A DNA stretch of 64,000 nucleotides, from positions 544,001 to 608,000 of the forward strand of contig OY970296.1 in assembly GCA_963716175.1 (NCBI GenBank), written 5' to 3'. Numbering within the stretch: position 1 is the first letter of the stretch; the number at the start of each line of letters is the position of its first letter. Shown one piece after another: positions 16,977 through 27,419 of the stretch. Origin of the DNA: an uncultured Armatimonadetes bacterium. GTDB taxonomy: Bacteria; Armatimonadota; Hebobacteria; Hebobacterales; Hebobacteraceae. A program made the position numbers and the translations under genes. A model generated the notes under the pieces. That model saw only the letters and a program-made list of their open reading frames with translations. It was not told the origin of the DNA and did not search any database.

Positions 16977-17687
16977 CTACTTCTCCTGTCCCACCTTGCG
17001 GCGAGCATGCTCGGCGGCCGCGGCCACGAAAGCGGCAAACAGGCGTCCCTGGCGCGGCTCGCACGGCATGCGCTCTGGATGCCACTGCACCCCGATCACG
17101 AACTCGCTCTCCCCGGCCTCGATGGCTTCGATGACCCCGTCCTCCGACCAGGCCACCGCCCGCGCCCATGCCCCCAGGCGGCCGTTAGCCTGATGATGAA
17201 AGCTGTTCACCTCGGCCCGCGAGCAGCCCAGGATTCCCGCCAGCCGACTGCCTGAGGCGATCTCCACCTGATGGGGCCAGCCGGAGTGCTCTCGTGGGTT
17301 AGACACCAGTGTCGGAATGTCCTGTATCAAACTCCCACCCAAGGCCACGCCCAGCACCTGCGCGCCGCGGCAGATTCCCAAGACCGGCATCCCGGCGGCG
17401 AGCGCCGCGCTCACCAAGCGCAGCTCGAGTTCGTCCCGCCCCTCGTCTATGTCCTTCGATTCCGGGTGGCGCGACTGCCCGTAGCAGGCCGGGTCAACAT
17501 CGCCTCCGCCACCCAGCAAGACGCCATCGAGCCCTTCGGTCGCGGCCTCCGGGTCACCGGGGAGAAGCTCCACCACTTTCCCGCCCCGAGTCTCCAGCGC
17601 GCGCCGGTACTCGGCCCGCTGCTCGTCAGTGTTGTGGCGCGAGAAGGTGACACCGATGCTGGGAGGAGCCAGGCACTCAGGGGTCAT
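16977..17687 (-). CDS. class I glutamine amidotransferase, peptidase C26 / PuuD family
   Basis: GGGGDVDP, LGICRGAQ (catalytic Cys), VNSFHHQ, GVQWHPE. Confidence 0.9.
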   Translation of the reverse strand: MTPECLAPPSIGVTFSRHNTDEQRAEYRRALETRGGKVVELLPGDPEAATEGLDGVLLGGGGDVDPACYGQSRHPESKDIDEGRDELELRLVSAALAAGMPVLGICRGAQVLGVALGGSLIQDIPTLVSNPREHSGWPHQVEIASGSRLAGILGCSRAEVNSFHHQANGRLGAWARAVAWSEDGVIEAIEAGESEFVIGVQWHPERMPCEPRQGRLFAAFVAAAAEHARRKVGQEK

Positions 17688-17735
17688 GAGCGGCTGTAGG
17701 GCGAGGTCTCGCCACCCCGCCGGGCGGCATCGGCC

Positions 17736-17763
17736 AACAAAAAGGGCCAGCTTGCGCCGGCCC
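17736..17763 (-). terminator. intrinsic terminator after rpsT
   Basis: Minus strand GGGCCGGC-GCAA-GCTGGCCC followed by TTTTTGTT. Confidence 0.75.
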
Positions 17764-17787
17764 GGGTCACACCGGGGTCAGCCATGA

Positions 17788-18054
17788 TCAGGCTTGGAGC
17801 CTGGCCAGTTGGCGCGCCAGGCGTGACTTGCGCCTGGCGGCCTGGCGCCTGTGGATAATGCCCTTCGCCGCTCCCTTGTCCAGCAGTCGGCTAGCCGTCC
17901 GCACCAACTCGCCCGCCGCAACGGCCTCGCCGGAGCGCAGTTCCACCCGCGCCTTGCGAATCCACGTCTTCACCTGCGACCGCACGTTGAGATTCCTCAG
18001 GCGCCGCTGGCGGGAGCGAATCACGTCCTTCTTCAATGACTTGATGTTGGGCAA
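17788..18054 (-). CDS. rpsT: 30S ribosomal protein S20
   Basis: (M)PNIKSLKKDVIRSRQRRLRN...LDKGAAKGIIHRRQAARRKSRL. TTG start after RBS GGAGGTG. Confidence 0.95.
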   Translation of the reverse strand: MPNIKSLKKDVIRSRQRRLRNLNVRSQVKTWIRKARVELRSGEAVAAGELVRTASRLLDKGAAKGIIHRRQAARRKSRLARQLARLQA

Positions 18055-18140
18055 GCGATCACACCTCCGAGACGCTGGGATTGTAGCATAGTCGGGAGTT
18101 CTCCACAAGGCCGCCCGGGGTCGCCCAGCTCACGCGCGCC

Positions 18141-19853
18141 TCAGCCCGTCGGCTCGCTCATCTTGCGCACCGCTTGCTCGATCATCTGCCGTACCCAGGG
18201 GCGATGCTCTGGCGCGCAGATATCGCGCAGATGGAGAACCTGCTCGGGAGAGACGATGGCGATGGTTGGGGTTTCTCCCACGCGACTCAGCTCCACCGTC
18301 TCGATGCGGCTGAGCTGGACACGTTCCACCTTGCGCTCGGGGGTGCGGAATCCGAGTTCGCCCTCCCCGATCTCCACTCGCACACCGGCCAGCCGCGCCA
18401 CAATCTCGCCTCTCAGCATGACTGCGAGGTAGATGTTGAGGCTGAGGTAGGCGGCCGCCACGAGCCACCCTATCCAGAAGGCAATGACCCAGGGCCTGAG
18501 CAGCACGGCGCAGGTAAGGGCCACCATCAGCACCACCGCAAACAGCGCCAGGGCCAGCAGCCCCAGCCAGCCCCTCCCCGTGGCCGGATACCGCATCACC
18601 CATCGCCCCGCGCTTTCCTCGATCTCCAGGTCGCAGCCCCGAGGCCGCGGCAGAACGGCAGCCAGGGAGCGGCCCTCTGCGCGCTCCCGGAGGGAGTGGG
18701 GAATCTGCTCTGGCTCCGTTCTGGTCTCTACGCCCTCCGCGCGCACTGTGACTGCCCGATTCAGAGCCATCCCGAGGCCGCGCAGCGCAGCCCGGGCCGC
18801 CGCCTCCTCCTGGTGGCGCACCAGGGGCACTCGTTCCCGTGTCGCCAGCACGGCCGCCACCACACACGGCCGCAGGCTTCCGGGCAGGACCTGCAGTTCC
18901 AGATGCGTGATCTCGGCGGCCGCGAGCTGGCGCCGCCTGCGCCAGGGCCCGAGAGCGGAGAAGACAGTGAGCTGCTTGCCGTCCGGGCTTACGCTCGCCC
19001 CTCGTCGGGAGCGCAGGATGGTGAGCCAGGCAAGGAAGAGGCCGGCGAGCACGGACAGGGCGAGCGCCTCCCAGAGGTCGGCCAGCGTCCACCGCGCCAC
19101 CCGCCGCCCCGGCCAGGGCGCCGCCATCAGACCCAGCGTGAGCGCGCCGATCCAGCTCGCCCGGCCCAGGTAGTGCCATCCTGGCACCCGCCATTGGGAC
19201 TTCATCATCCCGTCCGGCGCGGGCCCACCGAGCAGGAGCGCGCCCAGGGCCACCCAGAGCATCCCCAGCAGCCACAGCGCCTTGCGAGCCAGCGGCATCG
19301 CCACCCAGAGCTGCTCTCGCTCCGCCGCCCACACCTCCCGCCAGTTTACCTGCCGGGGCCAGTGCAGGGCGAGCCGACCTGGCCTTCCCTCCAGGCAAGC
19401 CAGATCTCGCGATTCGGCAGCGCGCGGTTTGCGGCCAGCGTAGTCAAGCCAGATATGGCCGAAGGAGGCGCGCACCTCGAACGAGATGTGTCTGCCCGCC
19501 AGCAAGCTGGCCAGGAGGACCGCCTTGGACTCGCAGTCGCCGCGCAGAGAGCGCACTACCTCGGCTGGGGTGGGCACGTACCAGGGAACACGGTAGAGCT
19601 GCCAGTCGGGGGTGGGAGTGAGTAGGCTATCCACACGCGACTCGATGCCCGCCGCCTGGCGAGGCAGCGGCCAGCCGATGCGTTCTGCCAGACCGGGATC
19701 AACCGGGAGGTGGCGGTAGCGCAGGAAGTTGCGGCCCAGCACCGCGGGATTGGGGTAGCAGGCCAGCAAGGTCCAGATGACCGCGGCGATCAAGGCCAGG
19801 CCCACCCGCCGCGCCCGTCGCGGTTGCCAAGGGGCGGCGAGGCCCGCGCTCAT
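18141..19853 (-). CDS. multi-pass membrane protein with extracytoplasmic transglutaminase-like domain and two PH-like cytoplasmic segments
   Basis: N-terminal TM; GDCESKAVLLASLL...GHIWLDY (Cys-His-Asp); further TM hairpins, each followed by beta-rich segments. ATG overlaps the stop of the Mut7-C gene. Confidence 0.65.
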   Translation of the reverse strand: MSAGLAAPWQPRRARRVGLALIAAVIWTLLACYPNPAVLGRNFLRYRHLPVDPGLAERIGWPLPRQAAGIESRVDSLLTPTPDWQLYRVPWYVPTPAEVVRSLRGDCESKAVLLASLLAGRHISFEVRASFGHIWLDYAGRKPRAAESRDLACLEGRPGRLALHWPRQVNWREVWAAEREQLWVAMPLARKALWLLGMLWVALGALLLGGPAPDGMMKSQWRVPGWHYLGRASWIGALTLGLMAAPWPGRRVARWTLADLWEALALSVLAGLFLAWLTILRSRRGASVSPDGKQLTVFSALGPWRRRRQLAAAEITHLELQVLPGSLRPCVVAAVLATRERVPLVRHQEEAAARAALRGLGMALNRAVTVRAEGVETRTEPEQIPHSLRERAEGRSLAAVLPRPRGCDLEIEESAGRWVMRYPATGRGWLGLLALALFAVVLMVALTCAVLLRPWVIAFWIGWLVAAAYLSLNIYLAVMLRGEIVARLAGVRVEIGEGELGFRTPERKVERVQLSRIETVELSRVGETPTIAIVSPEQVLHLRDICAPEHRPWVRQMIEQAVRKMSEPTG

Positions 19854-20329
19854 TGCTCTCCCCGCCCGGCCGCTTCCTGCAGCCGAGCCAGCCGCTCGCG
19901 CATCCGGGCCACATGCGTCCCCTCCCAGTAGACCCGGCCACACCCCGGGCAGCGGGCATAGCGCTCCTGGGTGAGGTAGATGAAAGGCGGGACCTGGTCC
20001 CATACCTCATCCCGCGCGGCCGGGGTCAGGACTTCGTTGCACACCGTACACCGGGTCAGGGGGCGGGCCCGCTGCAGGTCAATCGGGGCTTCCTTGGCCA
20101 CTTGCCGCAGTTGATCCTCCACACGATCGTGGGCCACGAAAAGCACCCGCGGGCCGCAGGCCTGCGCCAGATTGGTGTCTCGCGTCAGCAGCACTGCACC
20201 ACGCTCTCGGGCCCAGGCCAGCACCTGCCGGTCATCGGCGAAGGGATGGTAGACCACGTCAAAGCCGAAGGCGCGCAGCCACCTGGCCAGGCGCCCCAGC
20301 ATGCAGTCGGCAACGAAACGAAGTGACAC
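19850..20329 (-). CDS. Mut7-C RNase (PIN-like, DUF82) domain protein
   Basis: RFVADCMLGRLARWLRAFGFD, LLTRD, RCTVCN, RCPGCGRVYWEGTH. Confidence 0.92.
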   Translation of the reverse strand: MSLRFVADCMLGRLARWLRAFGFDVVYHPFADDRQVLAWARERGAVLLTRDTNLAQACGPRVLFVAHDRVEDQLRQVAKEAPIDLQRARPLTRCTVCNEVLTPAARDEVWDQVPPFIYLTQERYARCPGCGRVYWEGTHVARMRERLARLQEAAGRGEQ

Positions 20330-20486
20330 CGAAGACCCCTCCCCTTGCCCCAGGCAGGGTTCGTCGGGGCCCAGGTCGGGTCCTGCCCCGTCTCGGGCGC
20401 CGCGCTGGCGTGGTCTGCGGGGCCAGGGATGAAACCTAAAGGGCTGGGGGCACGTATCCGTGAGAGGGGAACAGGGAGGTGCCGCT

Positions 20487-21437
20487 ATGCGCGCTCGTCT
20501 GCTGGTAGTGGTAGCAGTTGTCTTTCTGCTGGTGTGCGCGGCGGCCTGGGCCGCCCACCGAGCGGCTGAGGCCGCGCGCTCGCTGGTCGCCTACCAGGCG
20601 GCCCAGGGTCAGGGATGGGTCGAGCTAGGCCGAGAGAGGGCGACTTTCGACCTGAGGGGAGCTCAGCGGCTGATAATAGAGAACCGGTTTGGGAACGTCG
20701 AGGTGACGCCCGGCGGCCCTGGCCTGGAGGTGAAGGCAACCAAGTACGCCCGGACCAAAGACCTGGCCCAGGGCCGCCGACAGGCCGAGGGCCTGAGGCT
20801 TTCCGCCTCACCGCAGGGAGAACGCGGGCTCAGGATCACAGTCGGGCCGGCCAGCGCAGCCAGGGGAATTCGCGTCGACCTGGAGGTCCTGGCGCCCACC
20901 TCGGTTGACCTCACAGTGCGGGTGAGCGTGGGCGAGGTGGGAGTGAGCGGGATGCAGGCGGCGGTCGCAGTGGAGAGCAAGGCGGGCGATGTCACCGTCG
21001 CCAACTGCCCTGGCCCGGTCAGGGTTGGCAGCCTGGCTGGCAATACCCAGGTGAGCTCGACCCGGAAAGAGCTGTCGGTTGAGGTTGGGGCCGGCGAGAT
21101 GGTGCTGGAAGACATCCGCGGCCCGGTGCGCGCCAGAGGCCGCGTGGGCCAAGTCTACCTCAACGGAGTCCAGAGCGACTGGATCACAGCCGCCCTGGAC
21201 TGTGGCGAGATCGCAATCGAGATGGACAAGCCCTTCTCAGGGAAGCTGGCGGCGCGGACCCGCATTGGTAACACCTCCATCGCCCTCCGCCCCGGCTCGC
21301 GTTGCCGCGTGCTGACTAGCGTCGGCATCGGGAGCGTTGAGGACGGCCTTCCCGCTCGCGTGCTGTCTCGCATCGGCCCCGGTGTGATCGAGGCCAGCGC
21401 CGGGATGGGAGAAGTGTGCCTCGTGGAGGCGGACTGA
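20487..21437 (+). CDS. DUF4097-family beta-strand repeat (adhesin-like) exported protein
   Basis: Signal/TM followed by repeated units (NRFGNVEV, SKAGDVTV, SLAGNTQV, TRIGNTSI). RBS GGAGG. Confidence 0.8.
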   Translation: MRARLLVVVAVVFLLVCAAAWAAHRAAEAARSLVAYQAAQGQGWVELGRERATFDLRGAQRLIIENRFGNVEVTPGGPGLEVKATKYARTKDLAQGRRQAEGLRLSASPQGERGLRITVGPASAARGIRVDLEVLAPTSVDLTVRVSVGEVGVSGMQAAVAVESKAGDVTVANCPGPVRVGSLAGNTQVSSTRKELSVEVGAGEMVLEDIRGPVRARGRVGQVYLNGVQSDWITAALDCGEIAIEMDKPFSGKLAARTRIGNTSIALRPGSRCRVLTSVGIGSVEDGLPARVLSRIGPGVIEASAGMGEVCLVEAD

Positions 21438-21472
21438 GGGGCAACAGGTCACGCAGAGCAGCCGCGAACAGC

Positions 21473-21502
21473 AGGCGGAGTCCGCCCAGGCGGACTCCGC
21501 CT
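21473..21502. terminator. perfect inverted repeat between convergent genes (probable bidirectional terminator)
   Basis: AGGCGGAGTCCGCC-CA-GGCGGACTCCGCCT. Confidence 0.6.
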
Positions 21503-21553
21503 TCAACTGGCACTTGTGTGTCTTGCAAGCCGCGGGGCGCGACCGGAACGGCG

Positions 21554-22531
21554 CTACTCGGCCGGGCCGAATCCGCAGACGTAGACCCCGAGCAGAAGGA
21601 CCTCTGACGGCTGCACATAGGGCGATGAAGGCTCTCCGCTGAACAGGATCTTCTCGGATGGCATCCAGGCGGCATGGCCGTCGGTGAACCCGAGGTTGCT
21701 ACCCCCCAGGTGGCGGGGCCAAGAGTACTCCTTGCGGTATTCGGTATCGGTCTGGAAGCGTGGATCGCCGGCGCCGCAGTCCACCGACTGCGCGCAGTTC
21801 GCCCAGTCCCACTCCTCGTTCTGCCTGCACAGGGCCTTCTCCACTCCGTACCTGTCAGGGTAGGCAAACCGGGAGGTTCTGAGCACCTCCTGGTTGTACC
21901 CGCTGTCCCCGCAGGCCACGTACCTCGCCGGGTCGGCGATCTGCGAGGTCTTGAGTTCGCGGAGGTCGCGGGAGGTTCCGATGGTCTGGGCGAATGCTCC
22001 AGTATCCTCACCAGCGCACTGCCACTGCACGAAGCTGTCGGTCACGCTGCCTCCCCAGCCATTGGGGAAGCCCGTGCCACAGCCCTGGCAGCCCAAGCCG
22101 TTATCCGGATGGTCTAACAGGTACTGGTACCAGTCGCTGTAGCCAGGGTAGATCCAGAGTCCTGGGACATAGCGCGCGCTCGGGCACCGCCAGACGTCGC
22201 GGTTCTTGGTGTACTCCTCGAGGATGACGGGCCACTGCAGGTAGGGGTTGGCGAAGGTCTGATAGCAGCAGCAAACGTCGCCGGTGCCTCCGAAATCGTT
22301 GAACCCCTGCACGACCTCCGCCCGGTGCTCCCTGGGGCCCATTTTGTCGTAGTCCGCTAGGTACATCTGGAAAGCCATGGCAATGTTCTTCACATTGGAC
22401 AGGCACTGAATCTTCCGTGCCGACTCCCTCGCTCTTGCGAATACGGGAAACAGCATTGCGGCCAGGATCGCTATTATCGCGATCACTACCAAGAGCTCGA
22501 TCAGAGTGAAACCTCGATGCTTTCGAATCAT
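21554..22531 (-). CDS. prepilin-type N-terminal cleavage/methylation protein, DUF1559 with H-X9-DG motif
   Basis: G|[39 protein letters not shown] and [26 protein letters not shown]. Confidence 0.93.
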   Translation of the reverse strand: MIRKHRGFTLIELLVVIAIIAILAAMLFPVFARARESARKIQCLSNVKNIAMAFQMYLADYDKMGPREHRAEVVQGFNDFGGTGDVCCCYQTFANPYLQWPVILEEYTKNRDVWRCPSARYVPGLWIYPGYSDWYQYLLDHPDNGLGCQGCGTGFPNGWGGSVTDSFVQWQCAGEDTGAFAQTIGTSRDLRELKTSQIADPARYVACGDSGYNQEVLRTSRFAYPDRYGVEKALCRQNEEWDWANCAQSVDCGAGDPRFQTDTEYRKEYSWPRHLGGSNLGFTDGHAAWMPSEKILFSGEPSSPYVQPSEVLLLGVYVCGFGPAE

Positions 22532-22646
22532 CACCTGCACTACCTCCTTCTCTGTGGATACGCGGCACCACCACGGCCAATCTCGGACTCTCACCTCCTT
22601 CCCAAACCCGCGAATGGTACTCCGGCCCCCCTGCCTCGTCAACAGC

Positions 22647-25496
22647 CTACCGAGCCCCCCGGGTGGCCTCCAGCAGCATCTCCTGCTCCGCCGGCTGCGG
22701 GGTGAAACGGTACATCAAGCGCGCCTGCTCCCGGGCCTTCGCCAGGTTGCCTTCCTGCACCCAGAGCAGGCCCAGCACGGCCCGGGCGCGGGCGCAGAAG
22801 CGCTCGGCCGGCATCTCGCCGGGCCGCAGCCCGGCCTCCAGGGCCCCGATGGCCTGGCGTCTCGCCTCCGGGGTAGCGAACGCCTCCGGATACGCCGCCC
22901 AGTACCGCGCCACCGCCATCGCTCGCAGGTAACGCGGGCGCGGGTCAGCCGGATCCAATGCGATGGCCTGGCCGTAGGCTGCCACGGCTTTGGCCTCGTC
23001 TCCGCGGACGAAGGCGCGGCCCCACCCCTCGGCCACCCTGGGGAACGCCCTCCAGTAGGCCTCCAGCGCGGCCCGCTGCGCGCCGGTGGGATTGACCACG
23101 CTCTGCCAGGGCTTCGCCCGGCGCTCCAGCATGTCACCGACATTCCGGAGCCCGATGGGGGTGGCGATCTCGGTATCGAACTCAACGTATGGGAGGTCGT
23201 CCCGGTTGATCTGAGCTCCCTCCGTATACTGTGACAGCGATTGCTCGTCCAGCAATAGGGTGCTCACCATCCGCATCGGGTCGTCGAGCTGAACCTCGGC
23301 CAGATCCCTCTTCACCTCCGGCCGCGCCATCTTCGCCGCCCAGTCCCGGAGATCAACCTCCAGCGGCCCTGGGGTGGCGATGAGCACGGCATGGAAGGTG
23401 TTGCAGTACCAGAGCGTGACATGCGGGAAGACGGAGCGGAAGGTGGCGGCGAGAGTGGTGAACCGGCTCATGTTCGTGGGCACCCAGGCGCAGACTACGC
23501 CACCTGGTCTGAGCCGGCTCCGGCAGAGCTGGTAGAACTCGCGGGTGTAGAGATAGGGACTGAAGCTGGGATTGATGGCATTGAAGGAAATCACGTCATA
23601 GCGGTCATTGGTGGTCAGCAGGAAGTTACGGCCATCTTGCTCCAGGAACCGAAACCTGGGGTCGGCCAGGACGTCCTTGTTCTCAGACGCGAAGAGCTTC
23701 GCCGCCCGCCGCTCCGCCCCCACCAGCTCGACACAGTCCACCTGGCCCACCGGGTACTGGGTGATCGCCCAGGCGGTGGAGCCCAGCCCGAACCCGATCA
23801 CCAGCGCCTTTCGCGGTTCCTTGGCCAGCAACATGGGCACGTGGCCGAGCATCTTGTGCACCACCACGTCATCGTAGTCAGCGGCCGCGGTGGTGTCTCC
23901 ATTGAGGTTCAGCTCTCTCCGCCCCGCGGGATTCGCCAGCACCGCCAGGGAGGCCTCGCTCCCCTCGTGATAGTAGAGCACCTGCAGGTTGAGATGCAGG
24001 AAGTCTGACCAGTACTCGATGGGAGGCCGGGGATGCCAGGAGAGCCCGATACCTCCGCCGAGAGCGGCCAGACCGATCAGCCCCATTGCCACCTTGGCCC
24101 CGCGGCCCCACCCTCCCCAGCCCAGGGCTGCGAGCCCCAGGGCGACATTCACCGCCGACACCGCCAGCACGCCCCGCTGCGCCCCTAGCCAGACCAGGAG
24201 GCCGAACCCTGCGACCACCGATCCCACGACACAGCCCACGGTGTTGGCGGCGTAGAGCAGGCCCAGCCGCCCTCCCAGTCGCTCGACCTCGCGGCTGTAG
24301 GCCCTGATGAGAAGGGGCGTCACTCCGCCCATGAGCAAGGTTGGCAGCAGCATCAGGGCAGAGGCCACCGCGAAGCGGGGCCCGACCTCGCCTCCGCCCA
24401 GCGCACCGCGTGCGGCCTGAGCGAGAGGCAGCAGGCGGCCGATCACGAGCAGCAGGTAGGCGGCCGCTAGACCCACCCCCAGCTCCAGCAGCCCGAAGGC
24501 GGAGAGCCGATCTCGCATCCGATCCGCGGCCCGGGCCAGCAGCAAGCTGCCCAGCGCAATCCCAATCAGGAAAGAGGCCAGGATGGTGGAGAAGGCATAG
24601 ATAGTCTGCCCTGTGAAGTAGACCAGCACCCGGGTCCACAGCACTTCGTAGGCGAGCGAGGTGGCGCCCGCGACTCCGTAGCCGACGAGGAGCAGCCAGT
24701 CCAGGGACCGGTGAGATCGCGCCTCGCGAGCCCGTTTGGGGGACGCCTGCCCTGCGGAGCGGCCGTGTCTAGCGCGCCCGCCACTGGGCCGCGCCCGAGG
24801 GGCCGCAGGCATGGTCTCTGTGGTCACACGCGCCAGCCAGAGGCAGGCGAACCCGATCGCCAGGTTGAGCGTCACCGCCAGGCGAGTGGTGTCGCTCATC
24901 CCCAGGGTTCGCAGCAGCAGAAAGCCGGCCGCCACCGTCCCCAGCACGCCCCCCATGGTGTTGGCGCCGTAGAGCAGCCCCACGCCGAGCCCGATGCGCT
25001 CCTTCTCCCTCACCCAGAACCGGCTCATCGTCGGCAGCGTGCCCCCCATCAGCCCGGTGGGAACCAGCAGGACCAGGAAGCAGAGCAAGTAGCGCAGCAC
25101 CACGAAGCTGGCGGCGCCCCGAGGCAGGGAACGCGCCAGCGCCACGTAGGCGGCATTCACCGCGTCGAAGGCGTATGGCAGAACGAAGGCGCTGGCCCCG
25201 ATCCCCAGCTCGAGCAAGCCATAGAGGACGAGTGGACGCCGGCTGCGATCCGCCCTCGCCCCCAACACCGCGCTGCCCAGGGCCAACCCTCCCATGAAGG
25301 CGGCCACCACGGTGGTGATGGCGCCGGTGGTGACGCCGAAGACGAGCGAGAGCTTTTTCGTCCAGATCAGCTCATAGGCCAGCCCGGCGAAGCCCGAGAG
25401 AGTGAACAGCACGAGGATCAGCGCCGGCTTTGCGCTTGCGGTCCGCGTTCCCACTACACCACTCTCACCAGGTCTCCGCTTTCGATCGTCGGGCAC
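22647..25496 (-). CDS. fused membrane (MFS-like) / spermidine-synthase-like protein with C-terminal TPR
   Basis: Duplicated TM module ([12 protein letters not shown]..., LYGANTMGG; LAYEVLW..., LYAANTVG); [10 protein letters not shown]; QDGRNFL; LYTREFY; helical TPR-like tail. Confidence 0.9.
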   Translation of the reverse strand: MPDDRKRRPGESGVVGTRTASAKPALILVLFTLSGFAGLAYELIWTKKLSLVFGVTTGAITTVVAAFMGGLALGSAVLGARADRSRRPLVLYGLLELGIGASAFVLPYAFDAVNAAYVALARSLPRGAASFVVLRYLLCFLVLLVPTGLMGGTLPTMSRFWVREKERIGLGVGLLYGANTMGGVLGTVAAGFLLLRTLGMSDTTRLAVTLNLAIGFACLWLARVTTETMPAAPRARPSGGRARHGRSAGQASPKRAREARSHRSLDWLLLVGYGVAGATSLAYEVLWTRVLVYFTGQTIYAFSTILASFLIGIALGSLLLARAADRMRDRLSAFGLLELGVGLAAAYLLLVIGRLLPLAQAARGALGGGEVGPRFAVASALMLLPTLLMGGVTPLLIRAYSREVERLGGRLGLLYAANTVGCVVGSVVAGFGLLVWLGAQRGVLAVSAVNVALGLAALGWGGWGRGAKVAMGLIGLAALGGGIGLSWHPRPPIEYWSDFLHLNLQVLYYHEGSEASLAVLANPAGRRELNLNGDTTAAADYDDVVVHKMLGHVPMLLAKEPRKALVIGFGLGSTAWAITQYPVGQVDCVELVGAERRAAKLFASENKDVLADPRFRFLEQDGRNFLLTTNDRYDVISFNAINPSFSPYLYTREFYQLCRSRLRPGGVVCAWVPTNMSRFTTLAATFRSVFPHVTLWYCNTFHAVLIATPGPLEVDLRDWAAKMARPEVKRDLAEVQLDDPMRMVSTLLLDEQSLSQYTEGAQINRDDLPYVEFDTEIATPIGLRNVGDMLERRAKPWQSVVNPTGAQRAALEAYWRAFPRVAEGWGRAFVRGDEAKAVAAYGQAIALDPADPRPRYLRAMAVARYWAAYPEAFATPEARRQAIGALEAGLRPGEMPAERFCARARAVLGLLWVQEGNLAKAREQARLMYRFTPQPAEQEMLLEATRGAR

Positions 25497-26209
25497 CAGA
25501 ACTTCTCGATGAACTCGACCACCAGCCGCGTGCCCTCGTCATGGCTGACGTAGGGCGGCCTTGCAGGGTTATACATGGTGTCAGTGAGGTCGCGGGCGAG
25601 GGCGATGGGAACGCCCCAGCGCACCATCTGCTTGATGCCGAAGGAGCGCCCGAGCACGCACATGTTGGTGTGCACACCCATGATGATGAGCTGCTTCAGG
25701 CCGCGGTGCCGCAGGAAGCTGTAGATCTCCTCGCCGTCGTCGGAGATGGCGTCCTGCTCCTCGACCACGATGGCTGGATGCTGCCGGGTCCAGGCGGTAT
25801 GCCACGAGGTTTCGCCAGTGTCGGAGCCATGGTCGGAATCATCAATGGGCAGCGGCGGGTCGGCATGCGCGATGGGCTGTGGGGGAGCCACCCGCGGTGT
25901 CTCCAGCATCCGGCGGCGTCCCGGCGCGCCTGCGTAGAACTCCATCGTCTCCGATGGCGAGTGGATGATGGCGACACCATGGCCTCTCGCCGCCCTGACT
26001 ACCTCGTTCATGCGAACCGCCATCTCCGCACAGCGCTCGGCCGCTCCCCGGCTCCAATGGTTGTCCCACATGTCGCAGATGAGGATCGCGGTCTCCGCAG
26101 TCGGGAGCGTCTTCGGGGTAGTCACCGGATGCCAATAGCTGCGGCCCCGCGGGTCCTGCTGCAGCACTTGATGGCGGAGATTCAGCCAGAGCTGCGTGCT
26201 TGCCGCCAC
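25454..26209 (-). CDS. isochorismatase-like cysteine hydrolase
   Basis: AILICDMWDNHW, IIHSPS, GVHTNMCVLGRSFG, ARDLTD. Confidence 0.88.
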   Translation of the reverse strand: MAASTQLWLNLRHQVLQQDPRGRSYWHPVTTPKTLPTAETAILICDMWDNHWSRGAAERCAEMAVRMNEVVRAARGHGVAIIHSPSETMEFYAGAPGRRRMLETPRVAPPQPIAHADPPLPIDDSDHGSDTGETSWHTAWTRQHPAIVVEEQDAISDDGEEIYSFLRHRGLKQLIIMGVHTNMCVLGRSFGIKQMVRWGVPIALARDLTDTMYNPARPPYVSHDEGTRLVVEFIEKFWCPTIESGDLVRVV

Positions 26210-26210
26210 C

Positions 26211-27203
26211 TCATCTCCCCTCCAGCAGCGAGGCGGCCGCGATCCGCTCCGCGAGTTCCATAGTCTTGACCGCGTCGGAGAAGTTGGAGCCCGGCTGCTT
26301 GCGCGCCTTGACGCAATCTAGGAACTCGCGGTTCTTCGCCTGGAAGCCGCCGTAGACCCAGATCTCATCGCTGCCCGCCACTGCTCGCGTGTCGTACTCC
26401 ACGCCCTTGGTGTCGCCGTCCGCGTAGAGGTACCCCTTGCCCTCCAGCTCGGCATCAACTCGGACGCGGGGCGCGTGCATCTCCACGCGGAAGGTGCGGC
26501 TGCCGCTCGACCAACTGGTGACCACCATGCCCGTAGCGCCGCTGTCGAATTCGAGCAGGGCAGCGAGGAAATTGGAGTCGGGGACCTCCACCCGTTTCGT
26601 CAGGCTGTGGACTCTCACCAGCTCGCCGCCACACATCCACCGCACCGTGTCCAGCGCGTGGATGCCGTCATCGGTGATGCGATTTCTGGCCGCGAGATAA
26701 GGCCTGATATCACACTTGTAGAACTCGCACACCGCGTGCACGATGGGCCCGCGCTTCAGGCATTCCTCTCGCAGCTTCACGGCAATGGGGCAGGTGCGGC
26801 GCTGGAAGCTGACCTGAGTGATGCAGCCGTGCTTCTCCGCCAGATAGGCCAGGGACCGCGCCTGGTGCACGGTGATTCCCATGGGCTTCTCGATATAGAG
26901 GTTGAGGCCGTGCTCGAGACACCACGTCCAGAGCGGGTACATCTGGTCCGGGTCTCCGATCACGTAGACCGCGTCCGGCGCGACCTGCTCGATCATTTGC
27001 TGGTAGTTGGAGTAGCGCCTCTCGACCCCGTACTTGTCGGCGGTCGCGTTCAGCCGCTCGGGGTTGAGGTCGCAGATGGCGGCGATCTCCACATCACGGA
27101 AGGAAGCAAGCGACGGATAGTGGACGTAGTTCGCCATGCTTCCTGCCCCTACCATCGCCACCCGCACCTTGCGCGGCTTGCCGGTCGCAGCTTTCCTGGC
27201 CAT
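26211..27203 (-). CDS. Gfo/Idh/MocA family oxidoreductase
   Basis: VGAGSMA Rossmann motif, IEKPMG, DDGIHALD. Confidence 0.92.
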   Translation of the reverse strand: MARKAATGKPRKVRVAMVGAGSMANYVHYPSLASFRDVEIAAICDLNPERLNATADKYGVERRYSNYQQMIEQVAPDAVYVIGDPDQMYPLWTWCLEHGLNLYIEKPMGITVHQARSLAYLAEKHGCITQVSFQRRTCPIAVKLREECLKRGPIVHAVCEFYKCDIRPYLAARNRITDDGIHALDTVRWMCGGELVRVHSLTKRVEVPDSNFLAALLEFDSGATGMVVTSWSSGSRTFRVEMHAPRVRVDAELEGKGYLYADGDTKGVEYDTRAVAGSDEIWVYGGFQAKNREFLDCVKARKQPGSNFSDAVKTMELAERIAAASLLEGR

Positions 27204-27419
27204 CCTGCTCCTCCCACAGTTTGTGCTATTGTCTTGTTCCAGCCCCGGCGATTATCCTCTGTCCGATGGGGCTTCTCCCCGATGCGGCCCCTAGGCGGTC
27301 TGTCCCTCGCTGGGTTCGTGGCAAACCGACGCCACTATGGGCCTGGTAGGGAACCGGCCTTGGCAAACCGCGTCCATGGGTGTACGCTACAGGGGAGCTG
27401 GCCTGGAAAGGAGCCCCTG

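Noticed and set aside
15523-17169. ORF-track 548-aa ORF with a novel N-terminal extension on glycogen synthase
   Set aside because: The extension is an off-frame read through the upstream C26 gene, caused by the indel at 16913-16916. The real start is 16970.
22101-22600. Second strong SD (AAGGAGGTGA) and an alternative-frame 159-aa ORF overlapping the DUF1559 gene
   Set aside because: The product has no recognisable features and overlaps a clearly real gene, so it cannot be supported without ribosome profiling.
27315-27375. c-di-GMP-I (GEMM) riboswitch-like GGCAAACC...GACGC
   Set aside because: It lacks the P2 GNRA hairpin and GCAAA element. Only a 10-bp direct repeat TGGCAAACCG (42 bp apart) remains, too weak to call.
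26475-27419. 516-aa ORF suggesting a large fusion N-terminal to the YbhB domain
   Set aside because: The upstream part is antisense shadow of the Gfo/Idh/MocA gene. RBS and signal peptide indicate a start at 27420.
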